Assembly: GCA_021432655.1 (NCBI GenBank)
Contig: MU271586.1
Span: 1 to 37,504 of the forward strand
DNA from: Atractiella rhizophila
Lineage: Eukaryota
Length of the DNA: 37,504 nucleotides
Direction: 5' to 3'
The first letter of the stretch is position 1; each line of letters starts with the position of its first letter. Positions 1-11,437 of this stretch are shown here, piece after piece. Under the pieces are notes generated by a model, which worked only from the letters and a program-made list of their open reading frames with translations, was not told where the DNA came from and did no database searches. A program made the translations under genes and the position numbers.

Positions 1-35
1 AAGGTTTAGACATTTACCGTGGAGTAACGTAACAG

Positions 36-720
36 AAAAGCCCAAAGCGCGAGCACTCTCGCCAACCTCCTTCGGAGCCTCGCTCACACACCTACTCTCC
101 CTCCCCGCTCCTCCCTCGCACGTCCCACACACCGCACCGTCCCACCTCCTCCCGCGGGCCAAAGGGTCTCCAAAGCCTTCGAAACTAGAGAAAGAGGCTC
201 GTTCGCTCGTGCGTCAGGAGAAGCGAGAGTTAGCGGAACGGGGATGGGTGAGCGATGTGATTGGAGGATGGGCCGGGGAGGTGGAGTGGAGTGGACGGCC
301 GGTCGAGTTTAGGGAGGCGGAGGATGGAGAGGGAGGGGCGGAGAGGGAGAAGAGGCTGAGGAGGCTCGCGCAGAAAGGTGTCGTTAGGCTCTTTAATGCC
401 GTCAGAGCGGCGCAGGGCGTGAAAGATGAAGAGGTGGAGGAGCTACCGAGGAGGAAAAGGAGGAAGGTGGAGGAAGAGCAAGAGAATGACATAGATTCGG
501 CGATTGTGAAGGAGGAAGTGGGCGAAGAGAAAGCTGTTGGAGCGGAGAGGAAGGGACTGAATATTATGGGTACAAAAGGGAAGGCAGAGGCATGTACGTC
601 GATTTTTCTTGCTTTCCCTTTCTCTTTGAGAAATGTGCGAACTGATTTGGGATGGATACAGTGAGCAACTTGTCAAAAGCCAGCTTCTTGCAGCTCCTAC
701 GGCAGGGAGGGAAGAAATGA
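36..720 (+). CDS. RRP15: Ribosomal RNA-processing protein Rrp15 (5'-partial; last intron 594-661)
   Basis: Exon opens after the acceptor AACAG at 35 (KPKARALSPTSFGASL...). Contains EREKRLRRLAQKGVVRLFNAVRAAQ, the Rrp15 signature. Intron GTACGT..CAG at 594-661, then LSNLSKASFLQLLRQGGKK* ending with TGA at 718-720. Confidence 0.85.
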
Positions 721-1137
721 TACTCAGACCGTGTATCAGGTTCTGAAAATGCTTATTCCCGATCTCTCTAATCAAAGTCCTTGAAAATGACAAAGTCGGA
801 AGATGCTTTCCATATTCGATTTCCGAGGACTGCTAGTACGTAATGGCGATTCCACCGCGCGACCCAAGTCCTCCTCAACGCCAAGTTCGCAGGTGCAAGA
901 TGACCGGGACAGTGCTTGAGGTGTTTGCGCGCATCGGAGTAGTAAGGTGAATGGAATATATGTGTGGCCTTGAGTTCCTGTTTGTTCATCATTCAAAACG
1001 ACCAGAACAGACCAAAGCTCACGCAATTGCTTCCCCGCGTATATTTTTATAACTTTTCTACTACAAAATACGCTTCCCACAAACCACCAGATAAGCATTG
1101 GCGCAACGCCTGCAGACACTAATACTCGAACGGAACG

Positions 1138-4100
1138 ATGCCGCGAGACCTCGTACTGCGCCAGTCCAACCATGACAAGGTCACCACCTCACTCCCCTCC
1201 CAGCTGGAGGATCGAACCCTGCCTGAGTTCCTGCTCTCCATCAAAGCCTTCTCCCGCAAACACTTCCGTCGATGGGCTTACTTCGTCTCCACCCACCAAA
1301 TCTTCGTCCTCCTCCTCAGCTCAGCGCTCATCTTCTCCCTCTCCTATCCGGTCATCTTCCTCTACGTATGGACTACCGAAGGCCATTCCCGCTTGGTTGA
1401 CGCTCAGAACTTGTGGAGGTTCGTCAGCAAGCCAGTGAGGGATCGTGCGAGCTTTGGAGCGGCGGTGGGCGACTTGCGGATGCCTTGGGAGCTGGCAGAG
1501 TTGAGGGGAGAGCTGCTGAGCACGGACGACGAGATGTGTTGGGAGAACGTGGGTGTGGAGAGGGTGGTGCGCATGGAACAAGTCTTGGTAACTACCGAGG
1601 TATGTATTCTCATTGTACTTTGATGGGCGAGAGTTGAAGAGAAAGAAGGAAGTTCTAGACTCCGGAGGAGGAATATCCGGTCCTGGAGTCGTGGACCGGA
1701 GAACGCTCGAAGCTGCTCTGGACTTGCAAGAAAAGATTCAGACCATGCTGAAGGAGGAAGGGATTGAGGCATCTTCATGCATTTTGTCAAGAGATGGACA
1801 GTCCTGCCTTGTCCTCTCACCCTGGGACTTCTTCAGTCTCTCCTCCACCACAACAACAACCGCAGATACCTCCGCTCCAACCTCCGCCTCAACAGCCAAA
1901 GCAGACTCCCTCCTCCGCTCCGCCCTCCTCTCCCCTCTCCACCATCCCCACCTAAACACCACACTATCAGGGCTCCCACTCTCCCTCGAAACCACCTTCG
2001 CCGGCCGCGTCATGTCTCGGGATCGGCTTATCCGGGCCAACTACCTCGCCCTCACCTTCTTTCTCGAGTCCTCACCACCCGTCCATTTCTCCCGCTCCGC
2101 ACATTCAGCCTGGACGCGCTCCCTCGCTTCCGTCGCGGGAGACTGGGCACGCCTTTTGCCAGCTCAGCGGTGGGCAGCCCGTCGTCTGTTCGTCCTCAAG
2201 TACCGTCCACGGCTCCCGCTCACGGATAGGCACCTCGAAGACGCGTTTTATGCATTGGGATATCTCGTTGTTGGCGCTCATGTGTGGAGAAAGAGCGGGA
2301 AAGTCAAAGGGCTCCATTCCCTCTCTGGTATTAGGATCGCGGCAGCGACGAGTCTGGCGGCGACGGGAGTGATGACGTTCTCCGTGTGCGCTTTGGCTGG
2401 CTTGAGTTTGGGATTGGCGCCTGGGTACGTCTCTAGTCCAAGTATTGACGACGGAGGACTGACGAGGCGAGGATAGGAAAATGCTACCACTCTTGGTCAT
2501 AGTTTCTGGGGCGGACAATCTACTCATATTGTCGAGGAGTGTGACGAGGACCGGAGTGTTCTTGCCTGTGAAGGAACGAATTGCGAGAGGGTTGGAGCGG
2601 GTCGGCGCTGGAATGGTTGCCTTCCTGGGATTCGAATTGCACTTCATTTTTGTGGTTCTCCGTTACGTTAAGATCAAGACTATCAAAGTCCGTGCCTCTC
2701 CTTCGGTCGCGTTGTGCTGATAGAAGTGGCATAGGAATGGGTCGGATTCATTGCTGTCACGCTCATCACGTCTTACGCTATGGAGATGACCTTTTTCCTC
2801 GCCGTTCTCTCCATCGATCTCGGAAGACTGGAGTTAGGTGATTTACTCAGCGGCCCAGAGCTCAAGAAAGATCTAGGAGAAGAAGACGAGAAGGAACGAG
2901 CTGATCAGAAGTGCTCGCTGTTTAAATGTGTGCTCCGTGGATTGGGGAGAATGCTAAAAGAACGAGGAGCGAAAACTTTCACGTTTGGATCTGTACAGAT
3001 TTCATCGTTCATTGATGCAAATACTGATTAGCCGACTGTAGCTCGTGGTGATCAACACATCCCTCATCCTTTTCTACGGAAGAGACCACTACCTCCCCGC
3101 CTTCTGTTCTCAAGCAAACCCAGACGCTCCAAATCGCCTCCTCTCTCCATCCTTAGGAAACGATCTCAACAACCTGCTTGCGAAGGAGTACGCGCTGTCG
3201 CAACCTTCGGGCTCCAGCTCTCCCGCCGAAGTGTTTTGGAACGTCGTCAACCCCAACGGCGCGAGCAGCATCCACGTCTACGTCGAACCTGCCTCTGTAC
3301 TCGCACTCAGGAGCCCCGCGAACCTGGACACGGAGACGACGTTGAGCGCGATCAGCGTTTGGTTCGAACCGTTCAGCTTGTTCGCAAGATTCGTTGTCCT
3401 CCCCCTCGTACTCAGCTTGTTCACCATGTATCTCTTCCTCCTCTACTTGCTTAAGGATTCGGATAAACTTGCGTTGGAAAGGGAGAGGGCGAAAATGGCT
3501 CTCGAGAAAGAGGCTGCAAGTGCCGCTACACAGGAGGAGTTATTGCGTATTGATACCTGGAAGGGTCGACACGGCGGAGATGTTGACCTTGCTTCCAGCA
3601 ACCGGGAGACTATTGTCTCTTGGTCCGCTTTCGAGGAGTTCATTACTGTCTGGAAGGGAGGATCGGACCGGATTCTCCTCCCGGTTTCTGAGGATGAATC
3701 GCCGCTCACATCTCTAGCGGTTGACGAGAACTCGACGCTTTGCGCTGCAGTAACGAGAGGAGGAAATGTCGTAGTGTGGACCATGTCAAGAAAGCGGCTG
3801 CGTGTCACAGAAGAGGCCGAGATATTGGTCGAACCGCTAGGAAAGGCGATCAAAGTCCTGTTCGTCAGCGGGGCGGAAGTCTCGAGCTCGCCAAGTTCGC
3901 CAACTGATTTCAGTAAGGGGGGAATGAATGAGGGAGAGGGCGGACGGTTCTTGAGCTTCCATGAAGGTGGCGCGGTCGTCTCGTGGGATTATCGTAGTGG
4001 TCGGGGTGAATCGTCGATCGCAGTTCCTCCTCCGGAATGGGCTTCATCGCAGCCAGTCAAGCTTCATCTCCTAGATCTCCATGCCCCATACCCGTCTAAA

Positions 4101-5255
4101 ACTTATCGGCCTCTTATTGCTCAGGTCTCACAGTCAGGCCTCCTCTCCTTGTGGAAATGTGAAGAGTGCTCGACATCATCGTCGCCTTGGAAAGAAGTCG
4201 CCTTATTTTCTCCATCCACCACAGTCGATCCCATTGTCACTCTTGGTGCAGCAGAGTTCTGCGGTCAACTAGTTCTCGTTGTTGGGTGTGCAAGTGGAAG
4301 CACAACTCTATGGGACGTAGAATTTGATGGGGGCAAGAAGATGGCCGAAATTGCCTCATTTTCCCAAATTGGGGGCACGCCAAAACAGATCCGAGTCCTA
4401 GGGGAGTGCAAGGCGCGATGTTCGCGGTGCTCGAGCTTAACTGTCGACTCTCTCATTATTATGATCGGATCGACGGGCCGATTACTTGTCCAGCGCGCCA
4501 TTCTCTCTTCCAGTTGCGGCTGTTCTAGTAACTCCCCAAGGAGGTCGCAGAGAGCTTCCATGGTCTCACCTGACACTCTGCATCATCCTCGACAGCGATC
4601 AAGTATGACAAGCTTGAGAGACGCAATGTCAGCAACACCGAGAAAGAATGGATTTCTAACTCCACCAGTCGAGAACAGCGAACTCCCTCCTCCGCTGTCA
4701 TTTGACCTTTCAGATTTGATGGTGGAGACTATCGCAGAGCTTGAAGTTGACGAGCGAGGAGTTTGGGAGTTGTTAGGTGTAGAGGTTGTCGGTGTAGGGC
4801 GAACGAATGTCGGCGGACGTTCCCCCTGGGAGTTCTGGATCTTACCTAGCCTTGATGACCTTCCAGCTTCGATGGACAACCACAATGCCTTTGTCCCTAT
4901 CTTCGAACCAGTCGAGCAACTATTCCGGTCGTCAGTCGAGAGTGCACGGCCACCTTCCCCAGCTCGACAGTCAACATCCGTTCTTCCACCTTCTGCATCC
5001 TCCACAAGTCTTCGGCGGCGTGGCTCCAGCATGACAATTGCACGATCAGATTCCAATACTTTTGGAGAGGATCTTCTTCCCTTTACCCGCATAAGGGTAT
5101 TCTCGAAAAGCTTCGACGGATGTTCTATCTTGGTTGGGCTCGCGAATGTTCTCACAAGGGTGAGACGGCGGAATGCGGAAAGGAGCGAAAGTACGAGACA
5201 TTCGAGGTCGAGGTCGAAGAGTAGAAGTGGAAGCTTTCGTAATTCATGGAGTTAA
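1138..5255 (+). CDS. SCP1: SREBP cleavage-activating protein (sterol-sensing domain plus C-terminal WD40-like region), about 5 exons
   Basis: LPLLVIVSGADNLLILSRSVTRTGVFLPVKERIARGL and MEMTFFLAVLSIDLGRLELGDLL align by recall to the SCAP sterol-sensing domain (VVVIGLENVLVLTKSVVST...[30 protein letters not shown]). The long last exon has WD-like strands. Joins ORF pieces 1138, 1613, 2481, 2780 and 3045 through GT-AG introns. Confidence 0.88.
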
Positions 5256-5924
5256 TTGTTGCCATTCGCAGCGTTGCCATATGCCGAGAGGCGCTGATAA
5301 GTGGTTTTAACAGACTTATTGAGTGAGATAGACCGTGGCTTTCCAGGATAGTCTGTCCGAGCATCGAAGACCAGTACTCGAACAGTGCTGCCCTAAAGGA
5401 ATCGAACTGGATAGTGACTAACCCTCAAAACTAAGATCCAACACATTCGATACCTTGCTTTACCCCGTCAAATGAGCTTGATGCAAAGCTCTCAGCACCA
5501 CAGTCCTGTTAAACAATGGCCTAATCGTTCTCAGTTTTCCGCGATTATCTCTTTCGGGAGGCCACGGTGTCTAGCCTTGTTCCGTCGTCCCATATTGACT
5601 TCATGCTTTCCAGTTTGCTGTGTGCAATTCCCGAATCTCAACTCTCAACTTGTTGTTTTGTTGTGATCTTTGGGTATGTTAGGCTATTTGGGAGGTTCTT
5701 GCCAACGGCTCGTCGGCCTCGTTATTTGATAGACCGATATGTAGGCAATTTGGTCCTAAACGCTGCTGTGGTCAGCCACCGCAGGCGCGTCCTCTCATGC
5801 TGTCCGCCCCGGGGTAGGTATGAGTCGTTGTATTGCATTATTCTGTGCTATCTCCTTTACAACTACGAGTTCTGCTTGCCGTTATCCTCGGAAATGTCGT
5901 TCACCGCACTACAAAGCGTGGAGT

Positions 5925-5931
5925 TATAAAA
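5925..5931 (+). promoter_or_regulatory. TATA box of the GS-like gene
   Basis: TATAAAA about 70 nt upstream of the ATG at 5998. Confidence 0.5.
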
Positions 5932-5997
5932 GGCTTGGGTCGAAGGAGGGGAAGACGTCTAATTCTCTTTGACCGCTGCAGAAGGTATCGAATCGCA

Positions 5998-7466
5998 ATG
6001 ACCGTTCAACGACAGCAAATACAGCCACGCCACGACCTCCTTCAATCCTTCCTTTCTGCACATCCCAGTATCCAGTTCATTCGATACAACTGGGTCTCAC
6101 CGTCCGGATTGCTTTACTGTCGGAATGTCACTGTTCAGCATGCACTTTTCCTTTGCTCTTCGGGTAAAGCGTTGAAGATTGGCCCCATAGCTCACATCCT
6201 CCGTCCCAGTAAAGCTGACGTCTGTTTCGAGAAGGATATCCCCATTGTCGGCATCGACTACCTGTATCCAGACTTCGAGTCGCTTCGGATAATACCTTGG
6301 ACGAAAAACGCAGACGGGAAGTTGACGGAGGCTTGGGTGTGGTGTGACGTTTTTGAAGAAGACAGGTGGGATTTTGAACGGTGTGGAAGAAAGGTGCTGG
6401 AGAAGGTCCTTTCCACTGCGAAAGAACAGGATATCACGTTCCAGTTAGGCTTCGAGGTTGAATTTACTCTGTTCACGAAGGAAGCCGATGGGGAACTAAA
6501 GAAGTTAGATAATGTCGGAGGAGCTTTCAATCCATCTGCATATCGACGCCCCGAGGTCCTTTCCTATCTTCAAGAAGTCTCTATCGCTCTCTTGGAAGCT
6601 GGAATTCAGGTGTACCAATTTCACTCAGAGGGAGGACAAGCACTCTTTGAGATCTCCACAGGCCCATTATCGCCAATCCAATCTGTTGACGCCCTCTACT
6701 TTACCCGAGAATGCATTCAGGCCATAGCCATGAAGTACGGGTGGATCGCAACCTCCTATCCCCACTCGAGCGTTGGATTGCACCACCATCTCTCAATCGA
6801 AGGACCTAAAGGAAAGGGAGAAGATCAACAACGGTTTCTCGAAGGAGTGCTCGATAAGATGACCGCTCTTTGCGCATTTTCCATGCCCACAGTTGACAGT
6901 TACAAGCGCGTCTTCGAGTTCTCGGCCAACATGGGAGCTTATATCGTAAGTCCTCGCAATAATCTGGTGTCAATGACTTGATTTTGTGTAAGGGATATGG
7001 AACCGAGAATCGCGAAACTCCAGTTCGAAAGATAAGAGATGGGTACTGGGAATATAGAAACGCAGATTCGACAGCCAACTCCTATCTCGCTGTGGCTTTT
7101 CTCATTCTCGCAGGACTCGCTGGGATAGAGGAAGGTGGCCCTTCGAAGTATTCAGATTGCCCACGTGAGTTTCGTCTCGGCGGTACAGTTGTAAAAAGCA
7201 AGTTCGGTTAACATCGTTCCTGTGCAGATTGGACAGCAGCGATTTCTGAAGAAGAGAGGGCGAAGTACGGTATAACGAAGAGGCTTCCCAAGACGCTTGC
7301 AGAGTCGCTTGATGCCTTGGAGGGCAGCTTGGTGAAGCAGGAAAAGTGGCTCGCCGGTTACGAGAAGACGGTGCAGAGGTACCTGAAGGTGAAGAGAGAA
7401 GAAGTTGCGGAGCTAGACGTCTGGGAGGAAAAGGAGAGGATAAGAATTTTGATCAATCGATACTAG
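5998..7466 (+). CDS. Glutamine-synthetase type I-like (FluG C-terminal-like) protein, probable gamma-glutamyl ligase; 3 exons
   Basis: GS-fold motifs GFEVEF, HSEGGQALFEI, GLHHHLSI, SYKRV, YGTENRETPVR and WEYRNADSTANSYL. Introns at 6946-6992 and about 7165-7228. Ends ...LINRY* (TAG 7464-7466). Start placed at MTVQRQ rather than the longer ORF start at 5833. Confidence 0.85.
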
Positions 7467-7826
7467 AGTACGGCACTATTAAGTGCAGCTGAAGAGGTGA
7501 TAAACATTTACTGTACCACTAGAACTTGATGCATTGATGGACCATTGTAACGTATTTGTGATTACCTTCACCTTTGGCAGCCACAGGCGTTATAGAACAG
7601 GCATGTACCTGGCGTGGGAGAGTGGGAGAAGATGCCATCTTCGGTCTCGGGCGTTGACAGGAGGACCTCTCATAACACTGTTCCTACCAGTACCAACTAA
7701 CAGGACAACTGCCCGATGGACGAGGTTCAAAGGAGTTGAATGTGAGGAGCTCAACCCACTCCTTCTGCTGTAACCCACCGCTTGATTGAGGTGTGGAGGG
7801 TGCAGCCTGCGCACCTCGCGCGATAG

Positions 7827-7833
7827 TATAAAT
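7827..7833 (+). promoter_or_regulatory. TATA box of the SDR gene
   Basis: TATAAAT about 75 nt upstream of the ATG at 7905. Confidence 0.45.
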
Positions 7834-7904
7834 TCCATAGCTTCATCAGTATCCCAGAATTAAATAAGAGGAGCAATTGAAATAAGATCAACCATCGAGC
7901 ACAA

Positions 7905-8860
7905 ATGGCAACTCTAGCGGGAGAAACAGTCGTGATAATTGGAGGTAAGCTATCATTTGAACCTTTCATGGCCAAAATTTTGAGTGGCCTCGCAGGATCT
8001 TCTGGAATCGGTTACAGCTTAGCTATCCTTTCGATTCTTAACCAGGCATCCAGGGTGATAATCGCCTCAACTAACCCCCAACGTCTTGCAATCGCCGCAA
8101 AGCAGCTAGCAATTGACTTGAAGGGCAGAAACGTGGATGTCGGCGACCGCATCGAAGCAAAGGTCATGGATATTACCCAGCAGCAAAATGAGAAGCAGTT
8201 CTTTGAAGAGGTCGGAGAGATCGATCATTTAGTGATCACAGCTCAAAGTGAATCGCTTGATCTGGTTCAGCCCTTGAAGGGCATGGATTTGGAAAAAATC
8301 AAGAGCAATGGTATGGCCCTTTATCCATGTAGGGGGAAGGCACTCATGTCGGACGTCAGATCCTTTCAACAGGAGGTTCTTCTCACATGCTTGTGCGATC
8401 CAAGCAGCAAAAATCAAGTCGCACGGCTCTGTCACCCTTTCCATTGGTCAGCAATTCTATCGAAATTCCCTCATGCCCACTAAACTGCTGCTAGGCACCG
8501 TGTTGGTAAAGCCCAATCCTTATTGGACTATCTTGGGAGCGTTGGCGGGGTGCATAGACGGTTGGACGAGAGGTGAGCTTATTTCAGGCTCGTTAGTAGG
8601 CTGAGAGCTTTCTAGCCCTGGCGGTGGAGCTTGCTCCAATTCGGGTCAACGTCATATCTCCCGGGCTGGTCAAAACCGAGCGGTGGGATAGTATGCTGGA
8701 AGAACAGAGAAACGAAATGTTCAAGAACGCAGCAGAGAAGTTGTTGGTTCGCCACGTTGCTGAACCAATGGAAGTCGCTGAGGCGTACTTGTTTGTTTTG
8801 AAGTGCAAGTATGTGACTGGGACTAGAATTGAGGTCGATGGTGGTTACAGGCTGGCGTAA
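7905..8860 (+). CDS. Short-chain dehydrogenase/reductase, atypical (no YxxxK); about 5 exons
   Basis: Spliced N-terminus VVIIGGSSGIG (Rossmann motif), IDHLVITA, and C-terminal ALAVELAPIRVNVISPGLVKT...YVTGTRIEVDGG. Confidence 0.85.
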
Positions 8861-9806
8861 TATCGCTATGAAATGAAACTTTGATCAATTGGGATATCCA
8901 TTGTGTGCAGCAGGAATGAGATATAGATTGGGCAATGGCGGCGGCCTATTACCAGCGACATTCGGGAGCAGCAGTTTCTACTACTACTATACAGCTACAG
9001 CTCTTTCTGGCTGCAGCGCCGTGAATCAAGAGCACAAACTCACACTCCACTATGGCCCAAGGAAGGGAAAGAAATCATGTGGGGGATTTAGAACACACAC
9101 TATTTTCAACCAAACTGAGACCAAAAGATGGAAATACTGTGCACAAAGCTCTACCCATATCTCCCAGAAGCTCCAATATTGCAATCCGTTTCTTTTCGTT
9201 TGGCTTCCTTGAACGATCGACCCTCAAGGGGCCCTGTTTACCAGCCGTCATCGTCGTGGAGCTGGCTTCATCCCCTGTCTCATCCTCTGGCAGCAGAGGC
9301 ACGGGATATCCTTCGCGTTCGAAATAGAATGTATCCAGGTCGTATGAGGTTTTACTAAGCCTGCCTGCTATTTTTTGTGGCTGTCTATTAGCTTAGTCTT
9401 TGCTTTTAGATAAACTGAGCTTGTTTGCATTACGAAGGAAATGTCCAAGCCAAGCAGGCGAAAATGATCGCCTGTGAAAGAGGATTGTAGGTATACACCT
9501 CGCTTGTGACTCTGCAAATTGGCCAATGTTGCCTCCAAGTTGTGCTGACAAGATTTCCTTTCCCGCAGAAGCATTTGAGCTCTTCAGGCTTTTCTTTGTG
9601 GAACCATTCTCGACATTTACTTTACCTTCCTACTCCAAGTGATATGCTCAAGCCACCTTCCTTTCCCTGCACAATTACCAAAAAGCATCTTGAACACTGT
9701 CTGACCATTCCTAGAAGTCGAAGCAGGGTAGTAATGCAAACTCGAACCATTCACATCATTCACAAAGGAAACGTCGAACTGAGCACATGCAGAGAAGGGA
9801 GACCAA

Positions 9807-11103
9807 TCAGAGATAATAAGCCTGTCTGCCCACGTTCACTCCATACTCTGCCAGCGCCGGCGCGAGGTCGTCCATCGTCAACACCGTCCTCGCGCGATCC
9901 TGCTTCCCACAAATCAAAAAAAAAAAAAAGGTCATCAGTGAGTGTGTAATGTGCTGGAGAGAACAGATAAAATGGAAAGGGAGAAAGACGCACCCTCCTC
10001 CTGTTCTCTTCCCCTCCGTGTGTGGAAGCGGCGGTCCGAGTCCTGGCGTATTGGAACGCGTCGCCGATGATATCGGAGACGAACTTTTGTGCGGAGAGCG
10101 CGATCAGTCTCGATCTGTCAACCCGTCATCCAACCAAACATCAGTCATCAGCGTTAGCTTGCGGCGTGATACCGTGAGAGAGAGGAGGAGGGGGAGGGAT
10201 GGAGACAAACATTCGGACGTCGGAGGTGTCGAAGCCGCTGCGTTGGAGGTAGTATTGGGTGACGGAGTCGGGGATCTGTGTAAAGATAGAATGTAAGCTG
10301 GAACGAATGAGAGGAAGAGGAGCGTACGATGGGCCGGTATTCGTCCATAAGGAGAAGGAGGTCTGCGAGGGTCCTGTTATGGGCGGTGTTAGTAAGGTGC
10401 ATGGTATAAACTAGAATGGAAAAAGGGCATGATAGCTGTCATGTATGCATGCGGCAAGCACTTTTTACGCGTTTGCGGTCGCAAAGTGAAGATGAAGCAC
10501 CCCGTGTCTGTAGAAGAAAAGAACGACATACTGGTCCCTCCTCTCCTCTCTCCACTCCCTCCTCGTTCCACCGACCTCCTCCCTCTCCAGCCTCTCCATC
10601 TCTTCTCTCCTCCTCGCCATCTCTGCCGTACCCTCCAACTTCAGAACCTCCACAGCGTCAACCTCCATCTTCTCTGCCTCCTCCTCGACAGCCGCCTCTT
10701 CCGCACCTTCCCCAGCGGCTCCCGTTCCCGGCAGAGGAGAATCCGGAATCTCAACCACCTCCCTCTCCTTCCCCTTCCCATCCTCTCCCTCTCCCTCCCC
10801 CTCTCCTCCCTCCCGCTCCTCATCCTTCTCCTTCGCTCCCTCCTCCACGCCCTCCATCTCCTCAGCCTCAGCCTCACCCTCCCGCTCCTCCTGCACCGCC
10901 TCCGGCTCTTCGACAACCTTCTTCCCCTTCCCCCTCCCCTTCCCTGCCCCCGTCGTATTTCCACTCACGCTCCCTGCCGCAGCACTACTCGTGGTCGAAG
11001 TGGAGTTCTGCCGGGCTGTCACGCGCGACGAGCGGCGCGAAGGCTGCGGGGTCGCGGGAGGAGGAGATGCGGCGGATTGTGCGGAGGGACGACGAGGAGG
11101 CAT
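9807..11103 (-). CDS. TAF10: TFIID/SAGA subunit TAF10 with a long acidic N-terminal extension; 5 exons
   Basis: Spliced minus-strand exons read RTLADLLLLMDEYRPI / IPDSVTQYYLQRSGFDTSDVRI / SRLIALSAQKFVSDIIGDAFQYAR / DRARTVLTMDDLAPALAEYGVNVGRQAYYL*, the TAF10 histone-fold signature. Start MPPRR at 11103. Confidence 0.93.
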
Positions 11104-11177
11104 GTTTGTGGCGATGTTTTGGATGAGGGTTGGATGGAGATGGCCGTAGTTTAGTCTGTTAAGTGTAGTCGGAAGGG

Positions 11178-11190
11178 AAAAAACCAAAAA
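11178..11190 (-). terminator. RNA polymerase III oligo-T terminator of the tRNA
   Basis: Minus strand reads TTTTT-GG-TTTTTT starting 3 nt after the tRNA discriminator base. Confidence 0.75.
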
Positions 11191-11193
11191 GAG

Positions 11194-11276
11194 TACGAGA
11201 AGTGGGGATCGAACCCACGACCTTATGCGATTAAGCGCTGTTAAGCATATGCTACTACCAACTGAGCTATCCCCGC
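11194..11276 (-). tRNA. tRNA-Val(AAC) with a 9-nt intron (11230-11238)
   Basis: Minus strand: GCGGGGA TA GCTCAGTTGGTAGTAGC A TATGC TTAACA[gcgcttaat]C GCATA AGGTC GTGGG TTCGATC CCCAC TTCTCGT A. A and B boxes are present, the anticodon and T stems pair fully, and the mature loop TTAACAC matches yeast tRNA-Val(AAC). Confidence 0.9.
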
Positions 11277-11437
11277 TTTTATTCCTCCTACGTTTAGTGG
11301 TATATAATACAGTAAAGCAAAGGCCAGTTGCCACGTGGCTCGGCCCTTCCCGCCGGGCAAAATGGAAAAGGAAGCAGGAAACCACGACCTCAATACGTCC
11401 ACTTTTTCACCTTAGAATTCCCAGCCAAGGTGCAGCC

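Noticed and set aside
721..1137. Short minus-strand ORFs and complementary segments (CCTCAA/TTGAGG, GTAATGGC) suggesting RNase P/MRP or SRP RNA
   Set aside because: I could not find matching P4 (CR-I/CR-V) strands or an SRP helix-8 motif, and the ORFs have no recognisable motifs. Treated as RRP15 3' flank and SCAP promoter.
5418..5425. CTAACCCT, resembling a telomerase RNA template
   Set aside because: Only 8 nt, expected by chance in a window this size, with no pseudoknot or other supporting element recognised.
5833..5997. N-terminal extension of the GS-like ORF in the ORF track
   Set aside because: It starts at a non-ATG codon and spans the TATA box; the ATG at 5998 fits better.
10416..11154. 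Long plus-strand P-rich and L-rich ORFs
   Set aside because: Antisense shadows of the purine-rich acidic TAF10 exon. The same applies to shadow ORFs over SCAP, the EI24-like gene and the 5-phosphatase.
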